Shown: positions 49,807 through 59,716, counted from the first letter of the stretch. The stretch is DNA of 64,000 nt from an uncultured Candidatus Saccharibacteria bacterium (GCA_964630055.1 CAZVRA010000001.1:174483-238482); one strand, 5' to 3'. Translations and numbers: made by a program. Notes: a model not told the origin generated them from the letters alone.

Positions 49807-49837
49807 TTATTCCCATCCCGTGGCTGGCTATTAATTT

Positions 49838-50959
49838 TTAGCCGCTGCAGGTGCCGGTGCTGATGAGTTCCATGTAGACATTGCGGTCGGCGCCGGTGTC
49901 GGAATCGGCTCCGCTGGGCCTTGGTGCTTGTAGATCAATTTTGGCTGCTGGGGTGCCTTGGGCTAGTAGCTGATCGTAAATTAACTTGGCGCGGGCTACC
50001 GACAGTTTGTAGCCGCTGGCTGTTGGTGTGACGTCTCGGGCTTTGCCAGATATTGTGATTTTAAAATCTTTGCTAGCAAAATTTTTGGCAAACCTGGAGT
50101 ACTTGGCGGTTATATCTGCTGTTTGACTGGGGTACGAGTCCTTGGTGCTGTCTGGCTCAAAAAAGAATGTCTGATGGTCGTATACTTTGTAGCCGCTTAA
50201 GTTTTTACTGTCCGAAAAACCTAAACTTTGGGAGCTGGTGTCGGCCTGAGCCACGCAGTTGCCGGCCGGCGTGCTGGCCACTGATGGGGCTGATTGGGGC
50301 TGCGGGGTTGTTTTGGTATCGGTGCTGGCGCCAGCGCCGGGCACTAAAGCTAGCTCGTTTTGGCTATAAACTATGTTGGTGACTCTGTATTTGCCGTCCT
50401 TTTTTTCGACTATTGTGCGGGCAAACTTGGATTTGGCACCACTTAGGGTATACAAATAGTAGTATTTACTGTCTTTTAAGGTCGAATCTTTTTGCTGGAA
50501 GTTGCCTTTGAGGTTGTCGGCCACATCTTTCATGAATGATTTGTCTTCTTCGGTCGAGGATTCGTTCAGTTTATTAAGCGTGTTGGTGTCGCCGGCAGCG
50601 GCTGCGTTCATGAAGGTTCGTGACGCTCCATTGGCCTGAAGACCGGGCAAAGCCGTAAGCACGATAAAGCCAATGATTGCCAGCAAACAGGCCACGGCAA
50701 TGCCAATAAATAGCGGCGCTTTTGATTTTTTAACTGTTGCCGGTGGCACGACTTGGCTATTAAGCGGTGCGCCTGGCTGCTGCATGGTTGGTCCAGCTGG
50801 GCTGGGCTCTGTGCCAAAACCAGTGCCTGCAGTGTTTGTATTGCCTGGCTGGCTATTTATGCCGCTGGGGTTGTTGGTGTCTGCCGGCCTTGTTTGCTCG
50901 TCCATAAAATTCCTTAATAATTGCTTAGCGTTTATGTTTATAAGATAAATATAGCACAT
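49838..50959 (-). CDS. Membrane-anchored extracytoplasmic protein, possibly with an OmpA-like C-terminus (true start probably the internal Met near 50905)
   Basis: Pro/Gly/Thr-rich N-terminal region, then a TM helix. C-terminal LSVARAKLIYDQLLAQG weakly resembles the OmpA/MotB motif. Confidence 0.35.
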   Translation of the reverse strand: MCYIYLININAKQLLRNFMDEQTRPADTNNPSGINSQPGNTNTAGTGFGTEPSPAGPTMQQPGAPLNSQVVPPATVKKSKAPLFIGIAVACLLAIIGFIVLTALPGLQANGASRTFMNAAAAGDTNTLNKLNESSTEEDKSFMKDVADNLKGNFQQKDSTLKDSKYYYLYTLSGAKSKFARTIVEKKDGKYRVTNIVYSQNELALVPGAGASTDTKTTPQPQSAPSVASTPAGNCVAQADTSSQSLGFSDSKNLSGYKVYDHQTFFFEPDSTKDSYPSQTADITAKYSRFAKNFASKDFKITISGKARDVTPTASGYKLSVARAKLIYDQLLAQGTPAAKIDLQAPRPSGADSDTGADRNVYMELISTGTCSG

Positions 50960-51014
50960 TCAGACTTGTTTTGTTGGTTTGCTATGGCGCCATTAGTAGT
51001 GGTATAGTAATGAA

Positions 51015-51257
51015 ATGAGTATTCCTATTATCCACGGTGCGATTGGTTTGGTAAGCTTGTCGGCTGCTTTTGGCACTTATAAGATTAAGTCCTCGTCATA
51101 TTATTGGCTGGCTGTGGTGCTGACGGCACTAATGGTAATTAGTGGTTTTGCGATTAAATTTATTGGCAAAACGACTTGGTTGCGAATTGCTATGGAAACC
51201 ACGGCCACGGCTTTGGTGTATGGTCTAATTTTGTACAAAAACGCACCAAAAGCATAG
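51015..51257 (+). CDS. Small membrane protein (80 aa, two helices)
   Basis: Hydrophobic ORF. Confidence 0.3.
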   Translation: MSIPIIHGAIGLVSLSAAFGTYKIKSSSYYWLAVVLTALMVISGFAIKFIGKTTWLRIAMETTATALVYGLILYKNAPKA

Positions 51258-51423
51258 CAGCTTTTGGTTAGGCAAACAGTAGTGCGCCCTAATGGTGTCG
51301 AGATTTAGCTGACTGATTTTTTTGGAAATCAGCGATATTCTTGACTTAATCCGTGAACTTATGTTAGGTTCAGGATAGGATATTATTAAAAATAAAAACA
51401 ATCATAAAAATAAAACAATCACA

Positions 51424-53130
51424 ATGAAAAAAATAAATACAAAAAATGAAAACTTTGCTCAAAAATATTTAAAACCAAAAATAATTTTTCCGGTATTGTT
51501 TGCGGTTATTGGGGTCGGCTTGCTTGTGAAAAGTTTTGCCGCCACATCAATATTTTCGGACAATTTCAACAGCTATGCTGCCAACTCTTGCCCTGGCTAC
51601 TCCGATGGCAAAACATTCAATAAGTGGCAGACGGTTTTTTCTAGTTATGGTTGTGTTAATATTAAGCGTTCATCTACCAATCGCTGGCTAAATTTGGCAC
51701 CCAGAGCTGCAACTAGTGATAACGATACGGCATCGGCGCTGGTTGTTGGCCCCAGCTTTACTCAGCCGTTTAGCTTTAGCGCCAAAACTTATACCAATAA
51801 ACAGTTGCGCCAAAATTCAGCGCCAAACGCTTGGGAGACGTCGTGGTTTGTTTGGAACTATACCGACAACGAACATTTTTATTATTTTATACCCAAGGCC
51901 AACGGCTGGGAGCTAGGCAAGCGTGATCCGGCCTATCCTGGTGGGCAGCGGTTTTTAGCTACGTCTGATGTGCAAAAGTATGGTTTGAACACATGGAAAA
52001 AGTTTAAGGTTGACCAACTCGTCGATAACACCATGAAGGTTTATGTTAATGGCGCTTTATTGACCACATTTAAGGATACAGAGCGCCCATACTCGGGCGG
52101 CCGGATCGGCTTTTACACCGAGGATGCCGATGTGCGATTCGACGATGTTGACGTGTCGATTCCTGACGCTACTCCTGCGCTAACTCCCCCCCCGACCCCA
52201 ACTTCTAGACCAGCACCAACGCCTACTCCAACTCCATCGCCAACGACATTTAACACCGCTCCGGGCCGCGCGCTGCCCGACACCTTGTACGGTGTTACCA
52301 CCGAGTCGGTAGGAAATTTGACTTCACTCAGCGATTCTCTAACCAGGCACGCCAAGCGGCCAACGACACGCATCGTTTTTCAACAGGGGACAAATCCTGC
52401 CGACTACACATCGGCCATCAGTAATCTTAGGAACACTAGTTACGTAATGGGCGAAATTTTGGACTCGACTGCGCTCAAAAACACATCGGTCGATAACTAC
52501 CGAACCAGGACTCGCAGCTTTGTTAACCAGTTCAAAAACAACATCGATATTTACGAAATCGGCAACGAGCTCAACGGTGAATGGGTGGGCACGCCGGCTG
52601 ATATTAACGCCAAGGTTCAGGCGGCCTACGATGTTGTCGAGAAAGAAAACGCCTCACTTAACTTAAAGTCGGCGGTGACGCTGAACTATTGGCCCAGCAG
52701 CAATTGCTATTCTTACCCCTGGGAGGCGACCGAAAGTTTTGCGCAGCAGATGCCTGCCGAGGTTAGAAACGGCGTCGATTACGCGCTACTTAGTTTCTAT
52801 GAAACGGCTTGTTCGCCGCGCGCCAAGCCTACCGATCAGCAGTTTATCGACATTTTTAGCAAGCTAAAGACGATTTTCCCAAATGCCAAGATTGGCATGG
52901 GCGAGGTTGGAGCCCAGGGCAAAGCCGATGGTCTGCCTGCCGACCCAACATTGGCCGAAAAGCAACAGCTAATTAGCCGATATTACGGTATGCACAACAG
53001 CCTTAAAAGCGCTCTAGGCCCACGCTATGTTGGTGGCTACTTCTGGTGGTATTACTACCAGGATGCGGTTCCATACAACCGATCGGGCTCTATCTGGCCA
53101 GCGCTAGAAGACGCCTTCAACAAGTACTAA
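51424..53130 (+). CDS. Secreted protein: lectin-like (DUF1080/LamG-like) domain, Pro/Thr linker, clan GH-A (GH5-like) glycoside hydrolase domain
   Basis: Signal peptide. GRIGFYTEDADVRFDDVDV resembles the C-terminal strand of DUF1080. Linker PTPTSRPAPTPTPTPSP. YEIGNELNGEW (NE acid/base) and IGMGEVGA (nucleophile-like). Confidence 0.4.
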   Translation: MKKINTKNENFAQKYLKPKIIFPVLFAVIGVGLLVKSFAATSIFSDNFNSYAANSCPGYSDGKTFNKWQTVFSSYGCVNIKRSSTNRWLNLAPRAATSDNDTASALVVGPSFTQPFSFSAKTYTNKQLRQNSAPNAWETSWFVWNYTDNEHFYYFIPKANGWELGKRDPAYPGGQRFLATSDVQKYGLNTWKKFKVDQLVDNTMKVYVNGALLTTFKDTERPYSGGRIGFYTEDADVRFDDVDVSIPDATPALTPPPTPTSRPAPTPTPTPSPTTFNTAPGRALPDTLYGVTTESVGNLTSLSDSLTRHAKRPTTRIVFQQGTNPADYTSAISNLRNTSYVMGEILDSTALKNTSVDNYRTRTRSFVNQFKNNIDIYEIGNELNGEWVGTPADINAKVQAAYDVVEKENASLNLKSAVTLNYWPSSNCYSYPWEATESFAQQMPAEVRNGVDYALLSFYETACSPRAKPTDQQFIDIFSKLKTIFPNAKIGMGEVGAQGKADGLPADPTLAEKQQLISRYYGMHNSLKSALGPRYVGGYFWWYYYQDAVPYNRSGSIWPALEDAFNKY

Positions 53131-53142
53131 CAAACGACCAAA

Positions 53143-53625
53143 CTACTGTTTTTGAGCCGGGTTCTTGATGGCCTTAACAACCTGAGAATCGTCCTTGAGA
53201 TTTTCCCAGAATAGAACTTGTTTGCTTTCTATATACATAGCATTTTCGGGGCCATGAAGTTCGTTGCCTAGCTTGGCCAAAGACAAACTTTGCGGTTGAT
53301 TTTGGTTCTGATTTTGAGCTTGGTTTTTGTTGGTGTCGGGTTGTACGCTTTGTTGAACTTGCAAATAATAGATGTCGCTCAGCTTGTAGCCATTGCCGGT
53401 AATGGCATTGATTTTGCCAAAATAAACCTGGCCGTTTGTTAGGAATACAGCCTGGTATCTGTCTGCCTGAACGGCGCTGGCAAAGCTGCTTTGGCGCTGC
53501 ATGAAATATCGCGTAACGGCCAACCCCAGCAGGGCAGCTATAAGTAGCATTATTAGGATGGTTCGCCCAGAGGCAGCGGTTAGGGCATTGCGCCTTCGAT
53601 TGGTACGAATATTAGCTTGATCCAT
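53143..53625 (-). CDS. Membrane protein with a Q/N-rich segment (160 aa)
   Basis: One TM helix. QNQNQNQPQ low-complexity stretch. Confidence 0.3.
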   Translation of the reverse strand: MDQANIRTNRRRNALTAASGRTILIMLLIAALLGLAVTRYFMQRQSSFASAVQADRYQAVFLTNGQVYFGKINAITGNGYKLSDIYYLQVQQSVQPDTNKNQAQNQNQNQPQSLSLAKLGNELHGPENAMYIESKQVLFWENLKDDSQVVKAIKNPAQKQ

Positions 53626-53835
53626 AGTTATAAAATCCCCTCTCTTATTGTGTCTTATTTTGTTTACAAAACCCCTAATGGTCAGAGTTTAGTTTACCCG
53701 ACGAGGCCGACTAATGCAACCAAAGTAAGTTAAAAAAAGGTGCGCCGTTTCCTTTATTAGTCGGCAACAATTATGGTATATTTATGAGCATAAGCATCAT
53801 GTTTTCAGATAGAAGAAGGGCGTGCAAAAAAGCAA

Positions 53836-54666
53836 ATGAAATTTTTAACTAAGCGTCTATGGTTATATGCAGTAGTCGCCACAGCTTTTATTTTTGCTTT
53901 GTCGCCAGTGGCGCTAGCTCGTCAGCAAACATCTCAGGGCTATGTTGCCACCGAAAAGCTTAAGGACGGCTCTTTGGTCAGCCTTGGTCAGGGTAGTAGC
54001 CAAAATGTTGAGCATAGTACCGTAGACAATCGAGGCCGTCTGTTGGGAGTTGTTGTAAATCCTACACAGACTGTTGTAAATTTTGCTGAAGGCCAAAATA
54101 AGGTACAAGTTGCAACAACGGGCGAAGCGCCGCTCTATGTTTCGGATGTAAATGGTGTTATTAATGCCGATGACCCGCTGACGGTGTCGCCAGTTAGCGG
54201 AGTGGCCATGAGAGCGAGCACTGCCGGTAAGATTATTGGTTTTGCGCGGCAAAATTTTGATAGCACCAAAGCAAACAATATTCAAGATGTTGAACTGATG
54301 TCCAATGATGGCCAAAAAAAGACCACCAAAGTAGGCCTGATTCAGGCTCAAATAAATGTCCAAGATTGGGTGCCAAGCGGTACTCAAAACAGTGCTATAT
54401 TGAACGGTCTGCGGGGTGTGGTTGGCAACATGGCTGGCCGACCGGTGTCTAATATTCAGGCTACAGCAGTAGTGGTTATGGTGCTTTTTGCGCTCATTGC
54501 GTCAAGTATTATTTTGTATAGCTCAGTATCGTCTAGTATTCATTCTATTGGTCGCAATCCGCTGTCCAAGGGTATTATCCGCCGCAGCTTGGTGCTTATG
54601 GTTGGGCTTGCTATTATGTTATGGATAGGTACTGCATTAGCAGTTTATGCAATTTTAGGAGGGTAA
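53836..54666 (+). CDS. Membrane protein: secreted N-terminal domain plus a C-terminal two-helix hairpin resembling ATP-synthase subunit c but lacking the carboxylate; first gene of the atp operon
   Basis: Signal peptide. C-terminal ...SIGRNPLSKG (compare the c-subunit RQP loop), then LMVGLAIMLWIGTALAVYAILGG, which aligns with E. coli c helix 2 ([22 protein letters not shown]) with Ala at the Asp61 position. Lies 5 nt upstream of atpF. Confidence 0.35.
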   Translation: MKFLTKRLWLYAVVATAFIFALSPVALARQQTSQGYVATEKLKDGSLVSLGQGSSQNVEHSTVDNRGRLLGVVVNPTQTVVNFAEGQNKVQVATTGEAPLYVSDVNGVINADDPLTVSPVSGVAMRASTAGKIIGFARQNFDSTKANNIQDVELMSNDGQKKTTKVGLIQAQINVQDWVPSGTQNSAILNGLRGVVGNMAGRPVSNIQATAVVVMVLFALIASSIILYSSVSSSIHSIGRNPLSKGIIRRSLVLMVGLAIMLWIGTALAVYAILGG

Positions 54667-54671
54667 GGTAA

Positions 54672-55292
54672 ATGTATTTTGAAATGTTGGTTTTGGTGGC
54701 ACTGTTACTGCTTAACTCTGGTTTGCTTGTTGTGTGGTTGTCTGTGCGTTCGCATAAGTCCAAGTTAGAAGCCGACTACAAGCGGCAGTTGGAGGCAGCC
54801 ATCCTTAAACCAGAGTTTGTAGCTGGTTTGCGCCGCGAGCTAGAACAACAAATGCAAGATAAATTCACTACTGCACTTAAGCCTATCGACACCGAGACCA
54901 AACGATTTATCGAGGCAGTCAACAAAGAAGCGGCTTCGTCGCTTAAAACATCGACCGAATCGAACCGCAGTTTAATAGAACAGTCTTTGCAGAAATATAC
55001 TCAAGAAATACAGGCATTGCTCAAAGAGGATATTGCTAGTTTGCAAGCCGGTGTTAGCAACGCCCAAAATTCCTTAAACGGCATAGAGCGCGATTACAAA
55101 ACGGCGTTGGACCAGCAGCGGCAGGTTTTGGTGGCGCGGGCGCAAACATTGGCCAGGGATCAATTGGCTGATCTTTTGGTAGAATATTTGCACGCCAGTG
55201 TAGCCGGGCTAGAAATTGGTGATCAACAGGAGTTTATACTAAGTAAGCTCGAAGAAAACAAACAGACGCTACTACAGGAGCTAGCACAGTGA
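54672..55292 (+). CDS. atpF: F-type ATP synthase subunit b-like (N-terminal TM plus a long coiled coil)
   Basis: Single N-terminal TM helix, Q/L/E-rich helical remainder. Positioned ahead of the delta gene. Confidence 0.45.
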   Translation: MYFEMLVLVALLLLNSGLLVVWLSVRSHKSKLEADYKRQLEAAILKPEFVAGLRRELEQQMQDKFTTALKPIDTETKRFIEAVNKEAASSLKTSTESNRSLIEQSLQKYTQEIQALLKEDIASLQAGVSNAQNSLNGIERDYKTALDQQRQVLVARAQTLARDQLADLLVEYLHASVAGLEIGDQQEFILSKLEENKQTLLQELAQ

Positions 55293-55753
55293 AAAAGAGT
55301 GAGTCTAGAGCTGACTGCAATCTGCCTTGGCAGCTAGCTAGTCGGGAGACATGCAGTCGCTTGTTGTTAGAAATCGACGAGAGGCTGGCGGGCATAGTAG
55401 ATAGCGATACACCTGTTAGCGATGAAATGTTGCAACTGCTAAGCGCCAACGGTCTAGCATCTAGCGCTAAAACTAATTTAACAGAACTGAGCCGATGCTT
55501 GTCGCAAACCACACGCCATCGCAGTTATCTAAAAATAACAACAGCAACGCCCTTAACAGTTGAATCCCAGCAATCAATTTTGCAATGGGTGGATCGTAAT
55601 ATCGGCAACAACCAAATTTTAGTAAGCTTTATAACCGATAGTAGCGTCATTGGCGGAGCCATCATACAAACCCCAACTAAACGGCTTGACTATACTATAG
55701 ACGGCAATAGCTCTAGTGGGCGGCAGCGTATTGCGGCAATGGTGGCGGCATGA
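55289..55753 (+). CDS. atpH: F-type ATP synthase subunit delta (OSCP), GTG start
   Basis: C-terminal VIGGAIIQTPTKRLDYTIDGN resembles the delta LIGGVVIRIGDRVIDGS. Coupled to its neighbours by GTGA/ATGA overlaps. Confidence 0.5.
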   Translation: MKKSESRADCNLPWQLASRETCSRLLLEIDERLAGIVDSDTPVSDEMLQLLSANGLASSAKTNLTELSRCLSQTTRHRSYLKITTATPLTVESQQSILQWVDRNIGNNQILVSFITDSSVIGGAIIQTPTKRLDYTIDGNSSSGRQRIAAMVAA

Positions 55754-57165
55754 GTCAGTTATTTAAGACTTTGGCCAAACAGAACAACCAAGTCGGCGAA
55801 GTTCGGCTAGTAAAAAGTTTTTTGATAACAGTAGTTGGTTTGGGCAATGCTCAGGTAAGAGCTCGAGTTTTGTTTGATAACGGCGCCATAGGCATGGTCC
55901 GCTCATTTAGTGGTGACGAAACAATTGTTTACTTGCTATCATCCGACGATGACACCATAACTGTTGGTCAGCAGGCGGTCATACAATCTGATGATATGAC
56001 TATTCATCCTAGTACTAAGTTAAAGGGCAGAGTTGTAGACCCGCTGCTAAGGCCCCTAGATGATGGCCCGGAGATTGTTGCTAAGTCTAGTCAGCAGATT
56101 TTTGGCGAGGCTCCGCGGTTTGACCAGCGCCTGCTATTAGACCAGCAGCTGGAAACTGGTGTGACTATTATCGATACGCTATTTCCAATTGTAATGGGTC
56201 AGCGTATTGCGCTAATGGGGGACCCTAAGTCGGGTAAAACAACCTTTGCTGCTCAGTTGGCAATTCATCAGGCAAAATTTGGCCGAACAGTTGTGTTTGT
56301 GCTGATTGCCAAGCGCCGTACCGATGTTGAACGACTAATTGGTATTTTGACTAGGGCTGGCACTATGGACAAAGTGGTTCTAGTAGTGGCAGATAGTTTT
56401 GCAGCTTTGCCAATGGCCTATCTGGCACCGTACAGCGGTTGTTCGGTGGCCGAGTATTTTTGGCAGCATGGAGAAGACGTGGTAATAATTTACGATGATC
56501 TAACCAACCATGCCAAAATTTACCGAGAAATGTCATTGCTGGAAGGTGCTTCGCCGGGCCGAGAGTCTTACCCAGGAGACATGTTCTATCGGCATTCGTC
56601 ACTTTTGGAACGAGCCGGAAGGCTAGCGTCCAATCAGCGAACCCTGACGGCTTTACCTATTATAACTATTGCCAACAACGATATAACTAGCTTTTTGTCT
56701 ACTAGTATTATATCGATTACTGACGGGCAATTGGTGTTCGATACCGAAGAAATGCAGCGTGGAGCTGCGCCGCCGATTAATACGGGTATATCGGTATCGC
56801 GTGTTGGTGGGCGGGCTCAGCAGATGCTGCAAAAACAGATGGCCCAGGATATTTTTAAGGCTTTGGCCGACTACCGACAAGCCAGCCAATTTTCGCACTT
56901 CGGCCAAGAGCTACCCGAGCATTACCGTGAAGCGCTGCGTTTGGGCGAGCGTTTGCAGCAGATGTTTAACCAGGAACCGAACGAATTTTTCTCGCTGGCT
57001 GAACAGCAAATCATACTCAAAACGGCCTTTTTGGCTGGCGAGTCTTCGCTGGATATACCCGAAATTAAGAGGCGGGTGCGGGCAACTATGGATGCGGCCT
57101 TGGCCACTCAGACTCACGAAGATATGGCTAACGAATTAATAAAAATGCAACGAGGTAAAAAATAA
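55750..57165 (+). CDS. atpA: F-type ATP synthase subunit alpha (divergent P-loop GDPKSGKT)
   Basis: N-terminal beta-barrel region, P-loop, and overall alpha-like length and topology (471 aa). Confidence 0.75.
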   Translation: MSQLFKTLAKQNNQVGEVRLVKSFLITVVGLGNAQVRARVLFDNGAIGMVRSFSGDETIVYLLSSDDDTITVGQQAVIQSDDMTIHPSTKLKGRVVDPLLRPLDDGPEIVAKSSQQIFGEAPRFDQRLLLDQQLETGVTIIDTLFPIVMGQRIALMGDPKSGKTTFAAQLAIHQAKFGRTVVFVLIAKRRTDVERLIGILTRAGTMDKVVLVVADSFAALPMAYLAPYSGCSVAEYFWQHGEDVVIIYDDLTNHAKIYREMSLLEGASPGRESYPGDMFYRHSSLLERAGRLASNQRTLTALPIITIANNDITSFLSTSIISITDGQLVFDTEEMQRGAAPPINTGISVSRVGGRAQQMLQKQMAQDIFKALADYRQASQFSHFGQELPEHYREALRLGERLQQMFNQEPNEFFSLAEQQIILKTAFLAGESSLDIPEIKRRVRATMDAALATQTHEDMANELIKMQRGKK

Positions 57166-58028
57166 TGTTTAATGATCCGCGGGTTTTAAAACGCGAGCTA
57201 CAAACTATCCGCGATATCAGTACTTTAACAGAGGTATTCGAACACACTGCTAGTATAAAAATTAAAGCTGTGCGTCAGCGAGTTTTGAGCGCAAAAGTGT
57301 TTTTTAATGATTTGTGGCAAATTTATAGTCAGCTTCGGGTTGATGTACCGCACGGTTTGCATGACCGAGTAAATCGCAAAGATCTATTGATTTTTATTGC
57401 TTCGCCGGCGGGGCTGTCGGGACAACTGGACCAGCAAAACTTTGAAGAAATGATGCGAGTTTACAAACAGGATGAGCACGACGTGCTGGTGATTGGCTCG
57501 CATGGGGCGCAGCTGCTTAGGCAGGCTGGCATAAAACCAGTGCGAGCTTTTGAGACGCCCGATACGGCTGGCGCCTTTACGGTTCAGCCCATAGTGGAGG
57601 CAATTGCTAACTATAACTTTGCAACTGCTTTTTACCAGTCTTATGTGTCGCTAACAGTTCAGCACGGCGCAAAGTTACAGCTACTGCTTAACGCGCTAGA
57701 ACTAAGCCAAGAAGAACGAGACATGCTCGATAGGGGAGATGTAGAGATAATCTCGCCAGAAAACTTTTTGTTTGAGCCGTCAATTGGCGAGGTGGTTAGG
57801 GCCATGGAGCGTGTTATGCTCAACACCTCGATTGATCATTTGCTTCAGGAGTCGCGTCTTGCTCAACTGGCTGGTAGATTTACGACCATGACACTGGCTA
57901 ATCAGCGAGCCGAGGAGGCCACAAAGCGCACGTTCTTGCGTTATCTGAGCGCTAAAAGGTCTAAACGCGATGAAATGACTCGCCAAATTATGGCCGCAAC
58001 TATGGCCACAAAAGGAGCCGCAGCATGA
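57165..58028 (+). CDS. atpG: F-type ATP synthase subunit gamma
   Basis: N-terminal LKRELQTIRDISTLTEVFEHTASIKIKAVRQR matches the gamma N-helix pattern. C-terminal ...MTRQIMAATMATKGAAA matches the gamma C-helix. Confidence 0.6.
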   Translation: MFNDPRVLKRELQTIRDISTLTEVFEHTASIKIKAVRQRVLSAKVFFNDLWQIYSQLRVDVPHGLHDRVNRKDLLIFIASPAGLSGQLDQQNFEEMMRVYKQDEHDVLVIGSHGAQLLRQAGIKPVRAFETPDTAGAFTVQPIVEAIANYNFATAFYQSYVSLTVQHGAKLQLLLNALELSQEERDMLDRGDVEIISPENFLFEPSIGEVVRAMERVMLNTSIDHLLQESRLAQLAGRFTTMTLANQRAEEATKRTFLRYLSAKRSKRDEMTRQIMAATMATKGAAA

Positions 58029-59344
58029 GCACCACCAAAGCCATCAATGCTAATCAACTTGGATTTGTCATAGCCGTAAATGGCCTAGTGGTGACTGTTC
58101 GGCTGTCTGGGCGTCAACCAGCCGTTGGCGAAATGCTTACCATCAACGAAAAACCGGGCGTAGTACTTTTTGTGGAATCGGTCAATGATACCGAAGCCGA
58201 ATGCCTGAATATCCGCGGCAGTAACAGCATCTGCCGTGGAGACAAAATTTCTGGTCAGGGCATCAGCCTAGGCCTGCCTGCTGGCAAGCCGGTTCTGGGG
58301 CGAGTTTTTAATGCGCTTGGTGAAGTTATGGATGGCCAAGCCACACTTAAAAAAACCGACTTAGTGCCATACAATGCGCCAATTCAGCAAAAGCTGCGCA
58401 AACTGCATAAGCCAGAAGTTTTAGAGACTGGTATTAAGGTGATCGATTTTTTGGCACCTTTTGTAAAAGGCCGCCGAATAGGCATTATTGGTGGTGCCGG
58501 TGTTGGCAAGACTGTTCTGACAACCGAAATGATCCACAACGTAGCCGACAAAAAAACCGCACTCAACTTTTTTGTTGGTATTGGTGAGCGTATCCGCGAA
58601 GGTCACGAGTTATTTCATGCTCTGCAAAAACGAGGTCTAGTCGACAACACGGTTATGTATATGGGTCAAATGAACGACAATGCTGCGCTGCGTTCTATGG
58701 TTGGCCCTTCTGCGGCGACAGTGGCGCGTAGTTTTAGCGACGAAGGCAAAGATATTTTGTTTTTCATAGACAATATTTTTCGTTTTGTTCAGGCTCGCAA
58801 TGAGCTGGCCGCTATGCGTGGTGGTATCCCGTCGGAGGGTGGTTACCAGGCGAGCATGTTTTCGGATCTGCATTGCTTTGAGGACTCGTTAGTCAGTAGC
58901 GGCAAGGGATCTATTACGAGCATTCAGTCTATTTACATTCCGGCCGATGATTTAGGCGACCCAGCCGTGGTTGAAATTAGTCAGCAGTTAGATTCGACCA
59001 TTGTGCTGTCGCGCGATATTTTTGAGCGAGGTGTCTTCCCGGCAGTTGATTTGCTGGCTACTACTAGCACACTGATTACTCCGGAGGTTTTGGGTGAGCG
59101 GCACTATCGACTAGTGGGCAGAGTTAAGGCAATTATGCGCAAATATTACAATTTACGAACCATTACGGCCATTGTTGGCGAAAATGAATTATCGCCAGAG
59201 GATCGTGCCGACTTCTTGCATGCTCAGGAAATAACCAAGTTTTTCTCGCAGGATATGTTTGTAACCGAAGATCTAACTGGCAAAAAAGGCCAGTATTTTA
59301 CCCGAGAGCAAACACTAAAAGGTCTCGAAGCAATTTTGCAGTAG
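58025..59344 (+). CDS. atpD: F-type ATP synthase subunit beta
   Basis: P-loop GGAGVGKT. Catalytic GIGERIREG. DELSEED-like ENELSPEDR. 439 aa. Confidence 0.85.
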   Translation: MSTTKAINANQLGFVIAVNGLVVTVRLSGRQPAVGEMLTINEKPGVVLFVESVNDTEAECLNIRGSNSICRGDKISGQGISLGLPAGKPVLGRVFNALGEVMDGQATLKKTDLVPYNAPIQQKLRKLHKPEVLETGIKVIDFLAPFVKGRRIGIIGGAGVGKTVLTTEMIHNVADKKTALNFFVGIGERIREGHELFHALQKRGLVDNTVMYMGQMNDNAALRSMVGPSAATVARSFSDEGKDILFFIDNIFRFVQARNELAAMRGGIPSEGGYQASMFSDLHCFEDSLVSSGKGSITSIQSIYIPADDLGDPAVVEISQQLDSTIVLSRDIFERGVFPAVDLLATTSTLITPEVLGERHYRLVGRVKAIMRKYYNLRTITAIVGENELSPEDRADFLHAQEITKFFSQDMFVTEDLTGKKGQYFTREQTLKGLEAILQ

Positions 59345-59355
59345 GATAGACCAAA

Positions 59356-59625
59356 GTGAAGCATTTTACCGCAACGCCAGAATTGACCGTCCGGGCTCAT
59401 AGTATGAGGGGTATGCTGTACGAAGGCCAGGCTTTTTCGGTTTCGGCCAAAAACAAGCTGGGACCCTTTGATATACTGCCCGGACATGCAAATTTGATAT
59501 CTATTCTGCTAGATTGCAGTATAAATATAGAAACCCCAACCGGCTCTAAGCAATTTGCTATTGACAGCGGGCTGATTAAAGTTTCGGATAATGCTATCGA
59601 TTTGTTTGTTGATACCACCGTTTAA
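59356..59625 (+). CDS. atpC: F-type ATP synthase subunit epsilon (short form, beta-sandwich only)
   Basis: GPFDILPGHANLISIL matches the epsilon GIYPGHAPLLTAI. 89 aa, lacking the C-terminal helical hairpin. Confidence 0.6.
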   Translation: MKHFTATPELTVRAHSMRGMLYEGQAFSVSAKNKLGPFDILPGHANLISILLDCSINIETPTGSKQFAIDSGLIKVSDNAIDLFVDTTV

Positions 59626-59716
59626 ACTGTGGATAACTGCTTGCTACATAAGCGTATTGTAGCTACAATAAGCGTAAGCTAACTAGAGCTAACTTGGCCG
59701 AACATTGGGAAAATAA

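Noticed and set aside
49523-49816. 97-aa minus-strand ORF spanning the hairpin cluster
   Set aside because: The region is dominated by perfect inverted repeats, and the translation is low-complexity. It is more plausibly a structured non-coding region.
53836-54666. Calling this gene atpE (subunit c) outright
   Set aside because: The C-terminal hairpin aligns with subunit c but lacks the essential carboxylate. It is also preceded by about 190 aa of secreted domain. It is annotated only as c-like and unknown.
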